A stretch of DNA of 64,000 nucleotides, taken from assembly GCA_045658925.1 (NCBI GenBank), contig JAZOVV010000072.1, positions 17,280 to 81,279 on the forward strand, in the 5' to 3' direction. Of the stretch, positions 43,600 through 54,400 are shown piece by piece (the first letter of the stretch is position 1; each line of letters opens with the position of its first letter). Position numbers and translations under genes: made by a program. The notes beneath the pieces were generated by a model. The model ran no database searches. It was not told the origin of the DNA and worked only from the letters and a program-made list of their open reading frames with translations. This DNA comes from Eubacteriales bacterium (GTDB lineage Bacteria; Bacillota; Clostridia; Oscillospirales; CAG-272).

Positions 43600-43630
43600 C
43601 GTACACATATGCGCGCGTATGCGCGTACAC
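43600..43630. other. 31-nt perfect alternating pyrimidine-purine tract (Z-DNA-prone)
   Basis: CGTACACATATGCGCGCGTATGCGCGTACAC in the divergent intergenic region. Confidence 0.7.
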
Positions 43631-43852
43631 TTTTTGGAAACCCTTACACTTTTTTACAGTAGGCAACAAGACGAAACGATACGTTTTTCATATTTCGCAA
43701 AGAAAAAACGGTCAAAACAATATAAAAATATGCTCTTTTTGCACAAGATTATCGGTTTTGCAATCATTTGCGTACAAAAATGCAAAAAGGGTCTTCCATT
43801 CTTGCTTTTTTTGTGGTATGATATAGTTACAAACGTTTATTGGAGGCGCAAT

Positions 43853-44434
43853 ATGCAAAAACTTATGCAAATTTGGAACAATTTTGCCGAAAAGCACCCC
43901 AAGCTTTCGGTATGGGTTCGCGAGGGTGGATTTTTCATCATCATCAGCAACCTGATCACGATTTTCAAATACTTGATTTTGACCTTCTTGCCTGCCGCTT
44001 TTGCCTTTATGGGCAATCGGGATTTCGGTTTTCCCGGAATTGACTTAACCCTCTTTGGCATTGAGTTTAAGTGGTACATCATCGGCTACGGTGCAGAGCA
44101 AGGCGGTGTGTCCTACTTCACCGCTTACATGATTGCAATGGTTATCGGCGAGGTCATCAACTTCTTCTTGCAAAGAAAATACACCTACCGCAGCAACGGC
44201 AACATCCTGATTCAAGGTGCGTGGTATCTGTTGGCATTCTGTTTGGTTACCTGCGTGGTTAACTCAATCAACTGCATTTGGGTAGCGGTTGCCGGCGCCT
44301 TTGTTCCCGGTTGGCTGTACAACATTGGCACAACCATTCTCAATGGCGGTGTCTCAATGGTTGTATTCTTCTTTGTAAACAAAATCGTTTTCAACGACAC
44401 CAAAAACGAGGCAAAAACAGTAGAAAACGCATAA
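43853..44434 (+). CDS. GtrA-family membrane protein (glycan/lipid-linked sugar translocation-associated)
   Basis: Trimmed to the ATG at 43853 (TGGAGG RBS). Four TM segments and a GEVINFFLQRKYTYRS motif. Confidence 0.6.
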   Translation: MQKLMQIWNNFAEKHPKLSVWVREGGFFIIISNLITIFKYLILTFLPAAFAFMGNRDFGFPGIDLTLFGIEFKWYIIGYGAEQGGVSYFTAYMIAMVIGEVINFFLQRKYTYRSNGNILIQGAWYLLAFCLVTCVVNSINCIWVAVAGAFVPGWLYNIGTTILNGGVSMVVFFFVNKIVFNDTKNEAKTVENA

Positions 44435-44463
44435 CGTATGCTAAAAAACAGCTCAAAAAGCAA

Positions 44464-44506
44464 ACAACCGCACACACGGATTTCGTGTGTGCGGTTGTCT
44501 TTTTTT
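44464..44506. terminator. bidirectional terminator (15-bp stem + T7)
   Basis: ACAACCGCACACACG..CGTGTGTGCGGTTGT-CTTTTTTT. Confidence 0.75.
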
Positions 44507-45521
44507 AGTTGAATCTAACGATTTTATTTGCAATACGGTAGAAGAAAATAGCAACGGCTCTGCCGAACTTGCCGCGCATACAAATTACGGCAAGCGGCGT
44601 GCGATTGCGGAAGTGTCTGCCCCACTTGTAGTTGTGCTTTTTGCAAGCATCCCACATCTTTTCCAAATTGGCATCGGCTTCGTCGCTCTTGTTCAAGCGT
44701 GCGAACATAACCGCGATGCCAAAGAGCATAAACAGCTCGTGGCGCAAATACTTTTTGAGCATCGGCTCGGTAATGCTATCAAGGTCGCAAGCAATAAAGC
44801 TCTTTTCGCTAACGAGCAGCTGATGCGTGTATCTCTTAATAACGGCAGCCTCTTGCACAGATTGGTCGGGTCTGCCAATCCAATAACGGTAGAGGTCGTG
44901 GGGGAAATAGTACATTCTCTTAACCTTTGGCAAGTTCTTGCAAATCATAAGGTTATCCTCATAGAACACCTTGCGCGGCAGAGGCTCGTCCCACGCCTTT
45001 AAAAGAGCTGTTCGGAAGGTGCTGGAGTGAATGGTGAGCATTTGATGCAGACGGAAACGCTTGGTATCCTTCCATTCAAAAATGCGGTTTTTGGGAAGCA
45101 CACTCGAATAATCGATGGAACGGTCACCCACACCGTCGGTGTGAACGTAGTAATAATTGCTTACCATCAAATCAACACCGCCCTCGCGCTCACATTCCTC
45201 GAGCGCGTCAAGGAAAGCGGGAAAATCCTCGCTCATCTTGTCGTCGCTGTCAACGACCTTAAAATAAATACCCGTTGCGTGTTTTGCGCCTTGGTTGATG
45301 CCCTCGCCGTGTCCGCCGTTCTCTTGGTGAACGACCTTGACGATGGTCGGGTAAGCCGCTGCGTATTCATCGGCAATCGCTCCCGTAGCATCGGTGGAGC
45401 CGTCGTCGATGATGATAATTTCCACGCGTTCACCGCCTACAAGCAGACTGTCAACGCAGCCGCGCATATAAGCCTCGGAATTGTAGCAAGGCACTGTTAC
45501 TGTAAGTAATTTTTGACTCAT
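44505..45521 (-). CDS. family-2 glycosyltransferase
   Basis: 338 aa. VTVPCYNSEAYM, IIIDDGSTD, VDSDD motifs. ATGA overlap with glf. Confidence 0.85.
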   Translation of the reverse strand: MSQKLLTVTVPCYNSEAYMRGCVDSLLVGGERVEIIIIDDGSTDATGAIADEYAAAYPTIVKVVHQENGGHGEGINQGAKHATGIYFKVVDSDDKMSEDFPAFLDALEECEREGGVDLMVSNYYYVHTDGVGDRSIDYSSVLPKNRIFEWKDTKRFRLHQMLTIHSSTFRTALLKAWDEPLPRKVFYEDNLMICKNLPKVKRMYYFPHDLYRYWIGRPDQSVQEAAVIKRYTHQLLVSEKSFIACDLDSITEPMLKKYLRHELFMLFGIAVMFARLNKSDEADANLEKMWDACKKHNYKWGRHFRNRTPLAVICMRGKFGRAVAIFFYRIANKIVRFN

Positions 45522-46618
45522 ACAAGCTCACTTTCTGCGGCTTCCAATGCGGAAAGAATGACCGCGTCCATATCGTAGTAGCGGTACTGCCCGAGGCGAC
45601 CGCCAAAAATAACCTTTTCTTCCTTTTCTGCCAACGCCCGATACTTATCGCAGAGCGCGTTGTTGGCATCGTCGTTGATGGGATAATAGGGCTCGATACC
45701 AAGCGTCCACTCCTGACTGTACTCGCGGGAAATGACCGTTTTAGGTTGCGTTCCGAACACAAAGTGCTTATGCTCAATGATGCGCGTGTAAGGGGTTTCG
45801 GCATCGGTGTAGTTGATGACCGCGTTGCCTTGATAGTTATCGGTGTCGAGCACCTCGGTCTCAAATCGAATGCTTCGATAATTCAAGGGCCCGTAGCAAT
45901 AATCAAAATAAGCGTCAATCGCACCCGTATATACGATTTTATCGGCGATTTCGCACAACGTGTCGCGATTTTCGAGATAATCGACACCCAGACGAACCTC
46001 AATGCCCTCAAGCATTTTCTCTACCATTGCCGTATAACCGTCGACGGGAATGCCCTGATAGAGCGCGTTGAAATAGTTGTTGTCATAAGTAAACCTTACG
46101 GGCAGGCGTTTGATGATAAACGACGGAAGCTCGGCACAGGGTCTGCCCCATTGCTTTTGCGTGTATCCCCGAATGAGCTTTTCGTAAATGTCGGTACCAA
46201 CCAAGCTGATGGCTTGCTCCTCGAGATTTTTGGGGTCATCAATGCCGCTCACGCGACGCTGCTCTGCAATCTTTTCCTTTGCCTCGTCGGGCGTTACTAC
46301 GCCCCACATCTTGTTAAAGGTGAGCATATTGAAGGGCAAGGAATAGAGCTCCCCGTGATAGTTCGCCATAGGCGAGTTGGTATAGCGGTTGAACTCGGCA
46401 AAGCGGTTGACGTATTCCCACACGCGACGATTGTTGGTGTGGAAGATGTGCGCACCGTATTTGTGCACCTGAATACCCTCTACCTCTTCGGTATAGATAT
46501 TTCCGCCTACGTGGGTGCGCTTGTCGATAACGAGAACCGTTTTGCCCGCCTCCTTTGCCTGCCTTGCAAAGGTTGCGCCAAACAGTCCCGCACCGACGAT
46601 AAGATAATCGTATTTCAT
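45518..46618 (-). CDS. glf: UDP-galactopyranose mutase
   Basis: Trimmed to the ATG at 46618 (MKYDYLIVGAGLFGATFA FAD fold). Conserved Glf body (…YGAHIFHTNN…, …RLGQYRYYDMD…). Confidence 0.9.
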   Translation of the reverse strand: MKYDYLIVGAGLFGATFARQAKEAGKTVLVIDKRTHVGGNIYTEEVEGIQVHKYGAHIFHTNNRRVWEYVNRFAEFNRYTNSPMANYHGELYSLPFNMLTFNKMWGVVTPDEAKEKIAEQRRVSGIDDPKNLEEQAISLVGTDIYEKLIRGYTQKQWGRPCAELPSFIIKRLPVRFTYDNNYFNALYQGIPVDGYTAMVEKMLEGIEVRLGVDYLENRDTLCEIADKIVYTGAIDAYFDYCYGPLNYRSIRFETEVLDTDNYQGNAVINYTDAETPYTRIIEHKHFVFGTQPKTVISREYSQEWTLGIEPYYPINDDANNALCDKYRALAEKEEKVIFGGRLGQYRYYDMDAVILSALEAAESELV

Positions 46619-46640
46619 CGTTTCTTTTAATCCTATCAAA

Positions 46641-49064
46641 TTATTTCTTGTTTTCTGCTTGCTTGAGTGATTTGTTGAACTTGGACGTTTGGCCGAGATT
46701 TTTGAAGAAATCAACAATAAGTCTGCCAAGTCCGCGCCAGAAATGACCGTTTATCATAAAGAGAATGTCCTCGGTCATCTTCTTCGAGACCATTCCGTTC
46801 GACATTTTGGCAATGGCGCGAATGGGCATATTGTAGATAAACATAATGTTGATATCGGGCTTACCCTTGGCATCCGCCTTCTCCTTGAGCGAGGTCAGGA
46901 TGCGGTAAAGGAAGCGTGCGAATGCGCCCTTGGCGTAATAGAGCTGACAGAGAGCATCGTTCTCTGTGATTTCACCGCTCCACTTGCCGTCTGGGATAGC
47001 GTGACCCAACAAGGCTTCAAAATCGGCATCGGATATATTCTTGATGTCTGCCTTGCGGTAACATTCAGGAACGCTTGCCGTTACCGTTTTGCCCGCAACG
47101 TGAAGCACACCGGAGAGGACGACCTCGCTTGCGTTTCTTGCGATACAAATGTCGTAATCGGCATCTTCTACAGCCCATGCGTTATCCTCGGTGTCAAAAT
47201 AACGGAAGGTCTTGTCATCAAAGGCAACGGTGACGCGTTGGCTCTCGCCTGCCGCGAGGAATACCTTGCGGAAGCCCTTGAGCTCTCTTGCGGGGCGGTA
47301 GGTCTTGCTGTTCTTGCAAGAAACGTAGAGCTGTACCACCTCGGCACCTGCTCTCTCGCCTGCATTGGTAACGGTAACACTAACACCCGTAGGGGTGACT
47401 TCGATATCGCTGTATGTAAAGTTGGTATAGCTCAAGCCGTAGCCGAAGGGATAGCGCACGGGGACACCCGCGCTTTCAAAATAACGGTAGCCGACAAAGA
47501 GTCCCTCTCTGTATTCGGCGGTGCGTTCCTTGCTCGGGAAATAGGGGTTCGAGGAAACATCCTCAAGAGAAAGAGGCCAGCTTTCGTTGAGCTTACCCGA
47601 GGGATTGATTTTGCCAAGAATGGCATCGACCATTGCACCCGCTCCCGCCTGACCTCCAAGGTAACCGTGAATGGCGGCGCGATAGGTTTCTCTTTCGGGC
47701 ATCACGAAGGGGGCTCCGCCCGAAAGAACGAGAATTACGTTTTTGTTAGCCTCGCAAACCGCCTTGATGAGCGCTTGTTGAGAAGCACTCAATTCGATAT
47801 GCAAGCGGTCCATGCCTTCGGATTCAAGAATTTCGTCAAGACCGACGCAAAGCAGAACGGTCTCGGCATTCTTTGCCACCTCTGTAGCTTCGGCAATCAT
47901 CTTTTGGCAAGGAATGGGATTGCAACGGTCAAAGCCCTGTGCATAGGCGGTGATTTCAACGCCTGCCGCTACGAGACAGTCATAGAGGTTATCGAGCTTG
48001 GTGGGGTTGACCTGCGAGGAGCCCGCGCCTTGGTAGCGAGGTGTTTTTGCAAAGTCACCGATAACGGCAACCTTGGTATCCGACGACAGAGGAAGAATTC
48101 CGTCGTTATCCAAGAGCACGATGCTCTCGGCGGCACATCTTCGCGCGATAGCGTGGTGCGCATCTGCGTCAAAGCTCTTGGGCGCGTTTGCAACCGCCTC
48201 GGACGTAGAATTGACAACACCGAGAAGCTCGGCAAGACGTTCATCCAGCACACTCTCGTCAATTTTGCCGTCCTTCAGGTCTTGCAAAAGTCCCAGGGCA
48301 CAGTCCGGTCCGGGGGAAGGCATTACCAGGTTAGAGCCCGCCTTCACACCATCGGTGTGGACGTTATCAGCTCCCCAGTCGGTGACGACAAAGCCGTCAA
48401 AGCCCCATTCCTTGCGCAAAATGTCGGAAAGGAGATGTGCGTTTTCGTTAGCATATGTGCCGTTTATCATGTTGTAAGAGGACATAATGGTTTTTGCCTT
48501 GCCCTCTTTGACGGCAATTTCAAATGCGGTAAGATAGATTTCACGCATTGTTCTCTCGTCAAGAACCGAATCCATTGCCATACGGCGAAGCTCCTGCGAG
48601 TTAACGGCAAAGTGCTTGGGGCAAGCCGCCACTCCGTTTGCTTGAATACCCTTGACGTATGCCGCTGCCATTTTACCGGCAAGATAGGGGTCCTCGGAGA
48701 AATATTCAAAGTTACGGCCGCAAAGAGGACTGCGTTTGATGTTCAGTCCGGGGCCGAGAACGACGTGTACGTTATTAGCTGCCGCTTCCTCACCAAGAGC
48801 GCGTCCAAGCTCTTCGGCAAGACCGAGATTCCAAGAATTTGCCATGCCTGCGGCGGTGGGAAAACAGGTTGCGGGAACAGAGGCGTTGAGTCCGAGATGG
48901 TCGGCAGCCCCCGCCTGCTTGCGGAGTCCGTGAGGTCCGTCGGACAAAAAGATTTCGGGAACGTCGGCATTCGGGAAGGAAAAGGTCGTCCAAACGGTCT
49001 TACCCTGCAGGAGCGCCGCCTTTTGTTCGGTGGAAAGTTTCTTAATTTGTTCGTGTGCTTTCAT
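46641..49064 (-). CDS. glycoside hydrolase family 3 beta-glucosidase-like enzyme (canonical domain order, no signal peptide)
   Basis: 807 aa. KHFAVNSQE, GFDGFVVTDWGA nucleophile region, YPFGYGLSYT. RBS GGAGGTG. Confidence 0.88.
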   Translation of the reverse strand: MKAHEQIKKLSTEQKAALLQGKTVWTTFSFPNADVPEIFLSDGPHGLRKQAGAADHLGLNASVPATCFPTAAGMANSWNLGLAEELGRALGEEAAANNVHVVLGPGLNIKRSPLCGRNFEYFSEDPYLAGKMAAAYVKGIQANGVAACPKHFAVNSQELRRMAMDSVLDERTMREIYLTAFEIAVKEGKAKTIMSSYNMINGTYANENAHLLSDILRKEWGFDGFVVTDWGADNVHTDGVKAGSNLVMPSPGPDCALGLLQDLKDGKIDESVLDERLAELLGVVNSTSEAVANAPKSFDADAHHAIARRCAAESIVLLDNDGILPLSSDTKVAVIGDFAKTPRYQGAGSSQVNPTKLDNLYDCLVAAGVEITAYAQGFDRCNPIPCQKMIAEATEVAKNAETVLLCVGLDEILESEGMDRLHIELSASQQALIKAVCEANKNVILVLSGGAPFVMPERETYRAAIHGYLGGQAGAGAMVDAILGKINPSGKLNESWPLSLEDVSSNPYFPSKERTAEYREGLFVGYRYFESAGVPVRYPFGYGLSYTNFTYSDIEVTPTGVSVTVTNAGERAGAEVVQLYVSCKNSKTYRPARELKGFRKVFLAAGESQRVTVAFDDKTFRYFDTEDNAWAVEDADYDICIARNASEVVLSGVLHVAGKTVTASVPECYRKADIKNISDADFEALLGHAIPDGKWSGEITENDALCQLYYAKGAFARFLYRILTSLKEKADAKGKPDINIMFIYNMPIRAIAKMSNGMVSKKMTEDILFMINGHFWRGLGRLIVDFFKNLGQTSKFNKSLKQAENKK

Positions 49065-49126
49065 ATTGGCACCTCCAAATTCATACTGTTTTGTGTCGAA
49101 ACAACAAAGTCTGCGTATATTATATC

Positions 49127-49155
49127 ATTTTATCTTGCAGAATGCAAGATAAAAT
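49127..49155. promoter_or_regulatory. perfect 13-3-13 inverted repeat overlapping the -35/spacer of the GH3-glf-GT2 promoter (candidate operator)
   Basis: ATTTTATCTTGCA-GAA-TGCAAGATAAAAT. A minus-strand TATAAT lies just downstream (49119-49124). Confidence 0.6.
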
Positions 49156-49178
49156 TTTTGAACACTGCCCTGCACAGG

Positions 49179-49211
49179 CAAAGCCCACCCCGTAAAACGA
49201 GGTGGGCTTTG
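49179..49211. other. 11-bp hairpin after the 700-aa gene (possible terminator)
   Basis: CAAAGCCCACC..GGTGGGCTTTG. Confidence 0.4.
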
Positions 49212-49216
49212 GTTGT

Positions 49217-51319
49217 TTAGTTTGCGGCAAAGATTTGAAGAGTAGGCATACTCCACGATCTGACGAGCTTGTAAATTTGACCGTTAAAGGTGATTTCTTT
49301 GTCATAGGGAGCCACGAGATCGGCACCGACAATATCACCGTTTTCGTTTTGTCCGCCGTTGTAATAGTTCGCTCCGCGAACCTTGAGGTGCGGGTAAACA
49401 GTAACCCCGGGTGTTAACAGGGTAACGTCAATTTTGAAGGTGAAGGTTGTATCGGTAAATTCGCAAATCAAATCGTAAACCGTCGTTCCGTCAAAGAACT
49501 GCAAATCCTCTGCGCTGCAACCGTAATGCGTACCGCTAAATACGTAATAAATCTTGTCGCCTTCCTGTACGATGTCTGCATTGAGCACTTTTACACCGAT
49601 AGATTCGATATCGCTGGTTGCCGTGACCGCGGGATTGGATTTGAGGGTTGCCGTAACCGTATATTTGCCATATGCAATGCGAGTTGCACCCTCTTCGCCA
49701 CCGGTAACGGAGAAATCAAAGAGGTCTTGGGAAACTCTTACTTTTGTACCGTCTGCAAGAACTGCATAAACGGTGGGCTTAACGCGGTCGAAGCGTTGAT
49801 TTACCTGTACAGAGTAATTGGGCGAAATTGCGATTTTTTCGATAACAAGGTTATCGGGAATTTCGTGACCCACACTGTCAATAGTTACACAGTCGATATT
49901 GAGCGTTGAGGGAGACTGCCCCCAAACGTTTGCAGCACCTGCAGTGCTTTGCTTGAATTTAATCTTAATGGTGTTCTCGCCGGGCTCGAGCTCGATGCCT
50001 TCAAACGCGACATCGTAATAGATGTTGTAAAGCGGGCCGTAACTGCCGTGAGGGCCTGCCCCCTTGAGAACCACAGAGTCGGGAATGGCAATTTCTTGAC
50101 CGTTGACAATCAGGTCCAAAACGGTATTCATTTGCAGGGGCTTCATAACGTATCCGTCGGCAGCATCTACACCGTTTGCATAGCAGCAGTAGCTGTTTGC
50201 GCAACGCATAATGAGATTGCTGACAACCGCAGATTCGGAAACCAACTTAAAGGTAACGGAACCTTCATTTCCGGCAAGAACGGTCTTGACAAAGTCACCT
50301 GCATAGCTTGTGGTCTTGTTCAAAGAAGTGATAACGCCGTCTACAACAGTGTATTCCGTTTCGCCCTTTTGAACGCCTCCGGTTATGGTAGCACTCTCCC
50401 CTTGCAGGGTGGAACGAACGATTACGCCTGCGGAAATGGAAACCGCGGAGTCTTTGGCGTAAGATACCGAAACGGTATATGCCTTGCCGAATTCCGCAAC
50501 CGTATTGCCACCGGAAATCACGTATTCTGCTCTGTCAAGAGGCAATCTGTTGCCGCTTTCATAAACGGCGTTGAGCCCCATTTGTGTGTTGGAGAGCTTG
50601 TCGCCTACCAGAACGATGGCATCACTTGTTAAAACCAACTTGGTTACAGCACCGTTATCCAAAACGTCTACAACACCAATCGGAACGGCTACGGTTTGGG
50701 TTTGACCGCCCTCGGTATAACCGACAGAGATTGAAGTGTCGGCAGTGGTAAGTTGTTTTTGTGTATCTACCTCATACTTGTCTGCGGGAATGACCTTGGC
50801 GGAACCGTCATTGTAAACAGCACTGATAATCAAGCCTTGAGCGTTAAAAGTGGTACCTGCTTGGTATTTGACGGTATAGGGGTTTTGGGTAACGTTAAGC
50901 GCCTCAATTTTGATGGGGGTGAGCTCAACCGCAAAAACCTCTGTTTTGCCCTTGTAGCTAATGTTTACATCACCGCCAACGGCATAAAAACCGGGCGCGG
51001 TAGAAACGACAAACTTACCCGCGGGAACCTCTTCGGTATAGGGTACGCCATCAAGCGTGTAGTTTGCTACTACAATAAAGTCATCGGCTTTGGGCTCTGC
51101 CAAACCGTTATTGAAATACGTAACACCCTCTTTGAGTTGAACGGTGAGCGACTCCAAAATGGGTTTGGGTTCGGGCTTACTCAGTTCCAGCAATCTATCT
51201 CTGTATGCTTTGTGCTCGTAATAGGAATTGAGCGGAATAGCAATCACAACCGCTACGGTTAACAAAATACCCGCAATCAGTATGGCTATTTCTATAATTT
51301 TTCCAATATTTTTTTTCAT
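49217..51319 (-). CDS. membrane-anchored 700-aa surface protein with Ig-like repeats and a probable carbohydrate-binding module
   Basis: N-terminal TM is IAILIAGILLTVAVVIAI. Beta-rich repeats. Sits between two GH3 genes. RBS GGAGGAAAAG. Confidence 0.65.
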   Translation of the reverse strand: MKKNIGKIIEIAILIAGILLTVAVVIAIPLNSYYEHKAYRDRLLELSKPEPKPILESLTVQLKEGVTYFNNGLAEPKADDFIVVANYTLDGVPYTEEVPAGKFVVSTAPGFYAVGGDVNISYKGKTEVFAVELTPIKIEALNVTQNPYTVKYQAGTTFNAQGLIISAVYNDGSAKVIPADKYEVDTQKQLTTADTSISVGYTEGGQTQTVAVPIGVVDVLDNGAVTKLVLTSDAIVLVGDKLSNTQMGLNAVYESGNRLPLDRAEYVISGGNTVAEFGKAYTVSVSYAKDSAVSISAGVIVRSTLQGESATITGGVQKGETEYTVVDGVITSLNKTTSYAGDFVKTVLAGNEGSVTFKLVSESAVVSNLIMRCANSYCCYANGVDAADGYVMKPLQMNTVLDLIVNGQEIAIPDSVVLKGAGPHGSYGPLYNIYYDVAFEGIELEPGENTIKIKFKQSTAGAANVWGQSPSTLNIDCVTIDSVGHEIPDNLVIEKIAISPNYSVQVNQRFDRVKPTVYAVLADGTKVRVSQDLFDFSVTGGEEGATRIAYGKYTVTATLKSNPAVTATSDIESIGVKVLNADIVQEGDKIYYVFSGTHYGCSAEDLQFFDGTTVYDLICEFTDTTFTFKIDVTLLTPGVTVYPHLKVRGANYYNGGQNENGDIVGADLVAPYDKEITFNGQIYKLVRSWSMPTLQIFAAN

Positions 51320-51412
51320 GTTCTACTTTTCCTCCGTATTTGTAGTTGTGTTTTACTGTACTGCTTTTGTTAGAAGAGTCGGGATAGAAGTAACGCTTAT
51401 TTATTCTGCGTC

Positions 51413-54400
51413 CTAAATCTTTTCAAGGAGATTTTTTTCGTCTTCTTCTCTTCTCTTTTTACGGGTTATTACTACTTTGCGGAGGATGAAGTATAACCAG
51501 TAAGCACAGCCTACGCCTACGATAATATCGAGGTCGATGACCGCGAGTCTCCACCACTGCCAAGACTCGATAACCGCGCCTACGGTGATTTGCTCTACGT
51601 CATCATTCTCGTTATATTCATGGTTTGCGTAAAGGGGACTCAGGAACATATACAAAACGTGGTGGCAAACCTCTTTTGCTTGGTTTTGAATACGGTTGGT
51701 GGCATCAAAACCGGTGTCAAGTGCGTTGGTTCTCATACCGAGGTTGATATCGCCGCCTGCGCGAACGGCATCCTCAATGGACATAAATTCGCGAGACCAG
51801 GAGTCAACGTAGTCGGTAACGACCGTGCCGCAGAAGCCGAGCTCATCGCGGATAACGCCTTGAATGAGGGCTTCACTACCGCCCGTCCAAACGTTGCCAA
51901 TACGGTTGTAGGAGGACATAATGCCTACGCATCCGCCATCCTGAATAGCCTTTTTGAAGGGCTTGAGGTAAATTTCACGCAGAGCCTGCTCGGTGCACCA
52001 GGTGTACATCGAATCGCGCTCGTGCTCGGTTTCATAAAGAACGAGGTGCTTGAGGTAGCAATACTTACCCGTGTTGGTAAGACCGCGAACCTGCTCGGCA
52101 AGCATAGTGCCTGCAAGGAAGCCGTCCTCGGAGAAATACTCGTAGTTACGACCGCCCCAAGCACTGCGGTGCAGGTTTGCACCAAAGCCGTAGGTACCGT
52201 CCATTGCGATACCTTGAACGCCCATTTCTTTACCGTAGTTGATACCAAAGCTGTAAGCCAAAGACTTGTTCCAGGTTTGACCGAGAACGGTTGTGCAGGG
52301 GAAGCCGGTGCCGCGTTGTGCACCTGCGTTGAAAGAACGCACCTGAGAAGGTCCGTCGTGGTCGGTGAGCTTGGGCTTACCGACAGAAGGAATTGCCGCG
52401 TTACCGAAGTTACCCGCGTGGATAAGGTCTACGGCTTCTTTCAGGGTAATTTGACTCAAAATCACATCCCAAAGAGGATGATTGTAATCCGAACCGAGAA
52501 GCAAGCCGAGCTCGGTAGGCTTACCGTTGGCATAAACCAATGCGTTGCCGCTCTTGTTATATACAACACCGTCGTATTCTACACGGCCTGCACTCTGACC
52601 CCAAGCGACAGACTCGTTGTTGACAGGGTGACCGAAGATATCGGTTACGGCATTGTCCCAAGCATTTGCTTGGTTCTTGTCGTATTGGTTGAATTCCTTT
52701 ACGTTATCCGCCATTGCTCTGTTTGCAACGTCCGAAATTTCGTAAGGATCGGGGAATGCTGCGCGGCTGATAAAGCCGATATCCTGACCGCTATCGCTGC
52801 CGTCGAGGCTAACGCCGTCAATAGCATCCTCGCCTGTAAATTTGTTGGTTACGGGGTTGCCTGTTACGTTGTCAATCAGGAAATTGATTGTTGTGGATAC
52901 GTTGTACGTAATAACACCGGAAACGTCGGACGCACCGCCTGTAAAGTCAACGGTCTTGACGTTGTGAGAGTCGGTCATCAACTTGAGCTGATAAGAGCCG
53001 GCATCGAGCTCGTAGCCCTTGTTGCCGTTGTGGTTGAGGTCGTATGCATCGTAGCAAGCGAGATCTTCAACGTCAACCGCAATAGTGATGGTTTGCTTTT
53101 CGCCGGGGTTGATAACACTTGTTTTTGCGAAGGCAACCAAATTAACGTGTGCCTTTTCAATGCCGCCTTCCTTGTATTCGGGAGTGAGATAAACCTCTAC
53201 TACGTCCTGTCCCGCAACGGTTCCCGTGTTGGAAACAGAAAGCGTGATGGTGATTTCGCTCTCGCGATTGATTTCGGAACCTTCGGGAATCGAAAGAGAC
53301 TCTACCGTCCAATCAAAGGTCGTATAGGAAAGACCAAAGCCGAAGGGATACTGAACAACGCTTTCGTAACCGTTTACGGTGATCTTGTTGTCGTTTTCGT
53401 CAAGAATTTCTCTCTTGTAATTATCCCAAATACCCTCAACGTCAGCAGTCTCATACCACTTGTAGCCAAGGTAAACGCCCTCGATGTAATCGATAAATGC
53501 GGGAGCAGATCGGCTTGTTCCACCCGCGTTGCTACCGGCACCCGTGGGGTACATATCGGAAGCACCCGTGTAGTGACCGATGCCCTTTGCGCTTGTGCGC
53601 TTGAAGTTGATGTTGCTTGCCATGTCGTAAGCGTAGGTGTCGGTAAAACGACCGGAAGGAGAAACCTCACCGTAGAGAATGGAGGGGATCGCCTTTGCGG
53701 CACGTGTGCCCGTAGCTCCAACCACGAGACAGGCATCGATACCGGGAATGGTATCTACAAAATCAAGCTCCATCGTGTTGGTGGAGTTGATGATAACGAT
53801 AACGTTCTCATAATTTTCGCCAACGTACTTGAGCATTGCCTCTTCCTCGGTAGAGATCTCGAGATAGTGACGGCTCGTGTCGATTGCGGGATTTGTGTTG
53901 ACCTTGTACTGAACTCTTGTCGGGTCCTCGGTCTCGCCCGCGTGGCGACCGATTACAACAAACGCCGTGTTGGAAAAGCTCTTTGCTTCATTCAAAAGCG
54001 CGGTGCTGTAATAGTTGGTGTCGTTGATGCTGGGCTCAGCAAGTCGGTAGAATGCATCAAAATTGGTGTTGATAGAACCGATATCACCAAAGGGTGCTGC
54101 AAATTTGCGATACATGGTGATAAGGCTTGTGTTATAGGTAACACCGTACGCATCCAAAGCCTTCAAAAAGTCAATGTTCTCGGCGGGGTTGTTGTTCTCG
54201 GGCAAAACCTGACCGGAACCGGAACCGCCGTATACCCAGTCGATGGCTGCGTGGCCAAACACGTTAACCTCGGAAACCTCGTTAAGACTCAGGGGCAGAA
54301 CACCGTTGTTCTTTACCAGAACGCTTCCCTCTTTGATAATCTGTTCGGAAAGCTCCTGGCCTCCTTTTCTTGCCTCGTTAATCGTGTTGCTGTCAACGGC

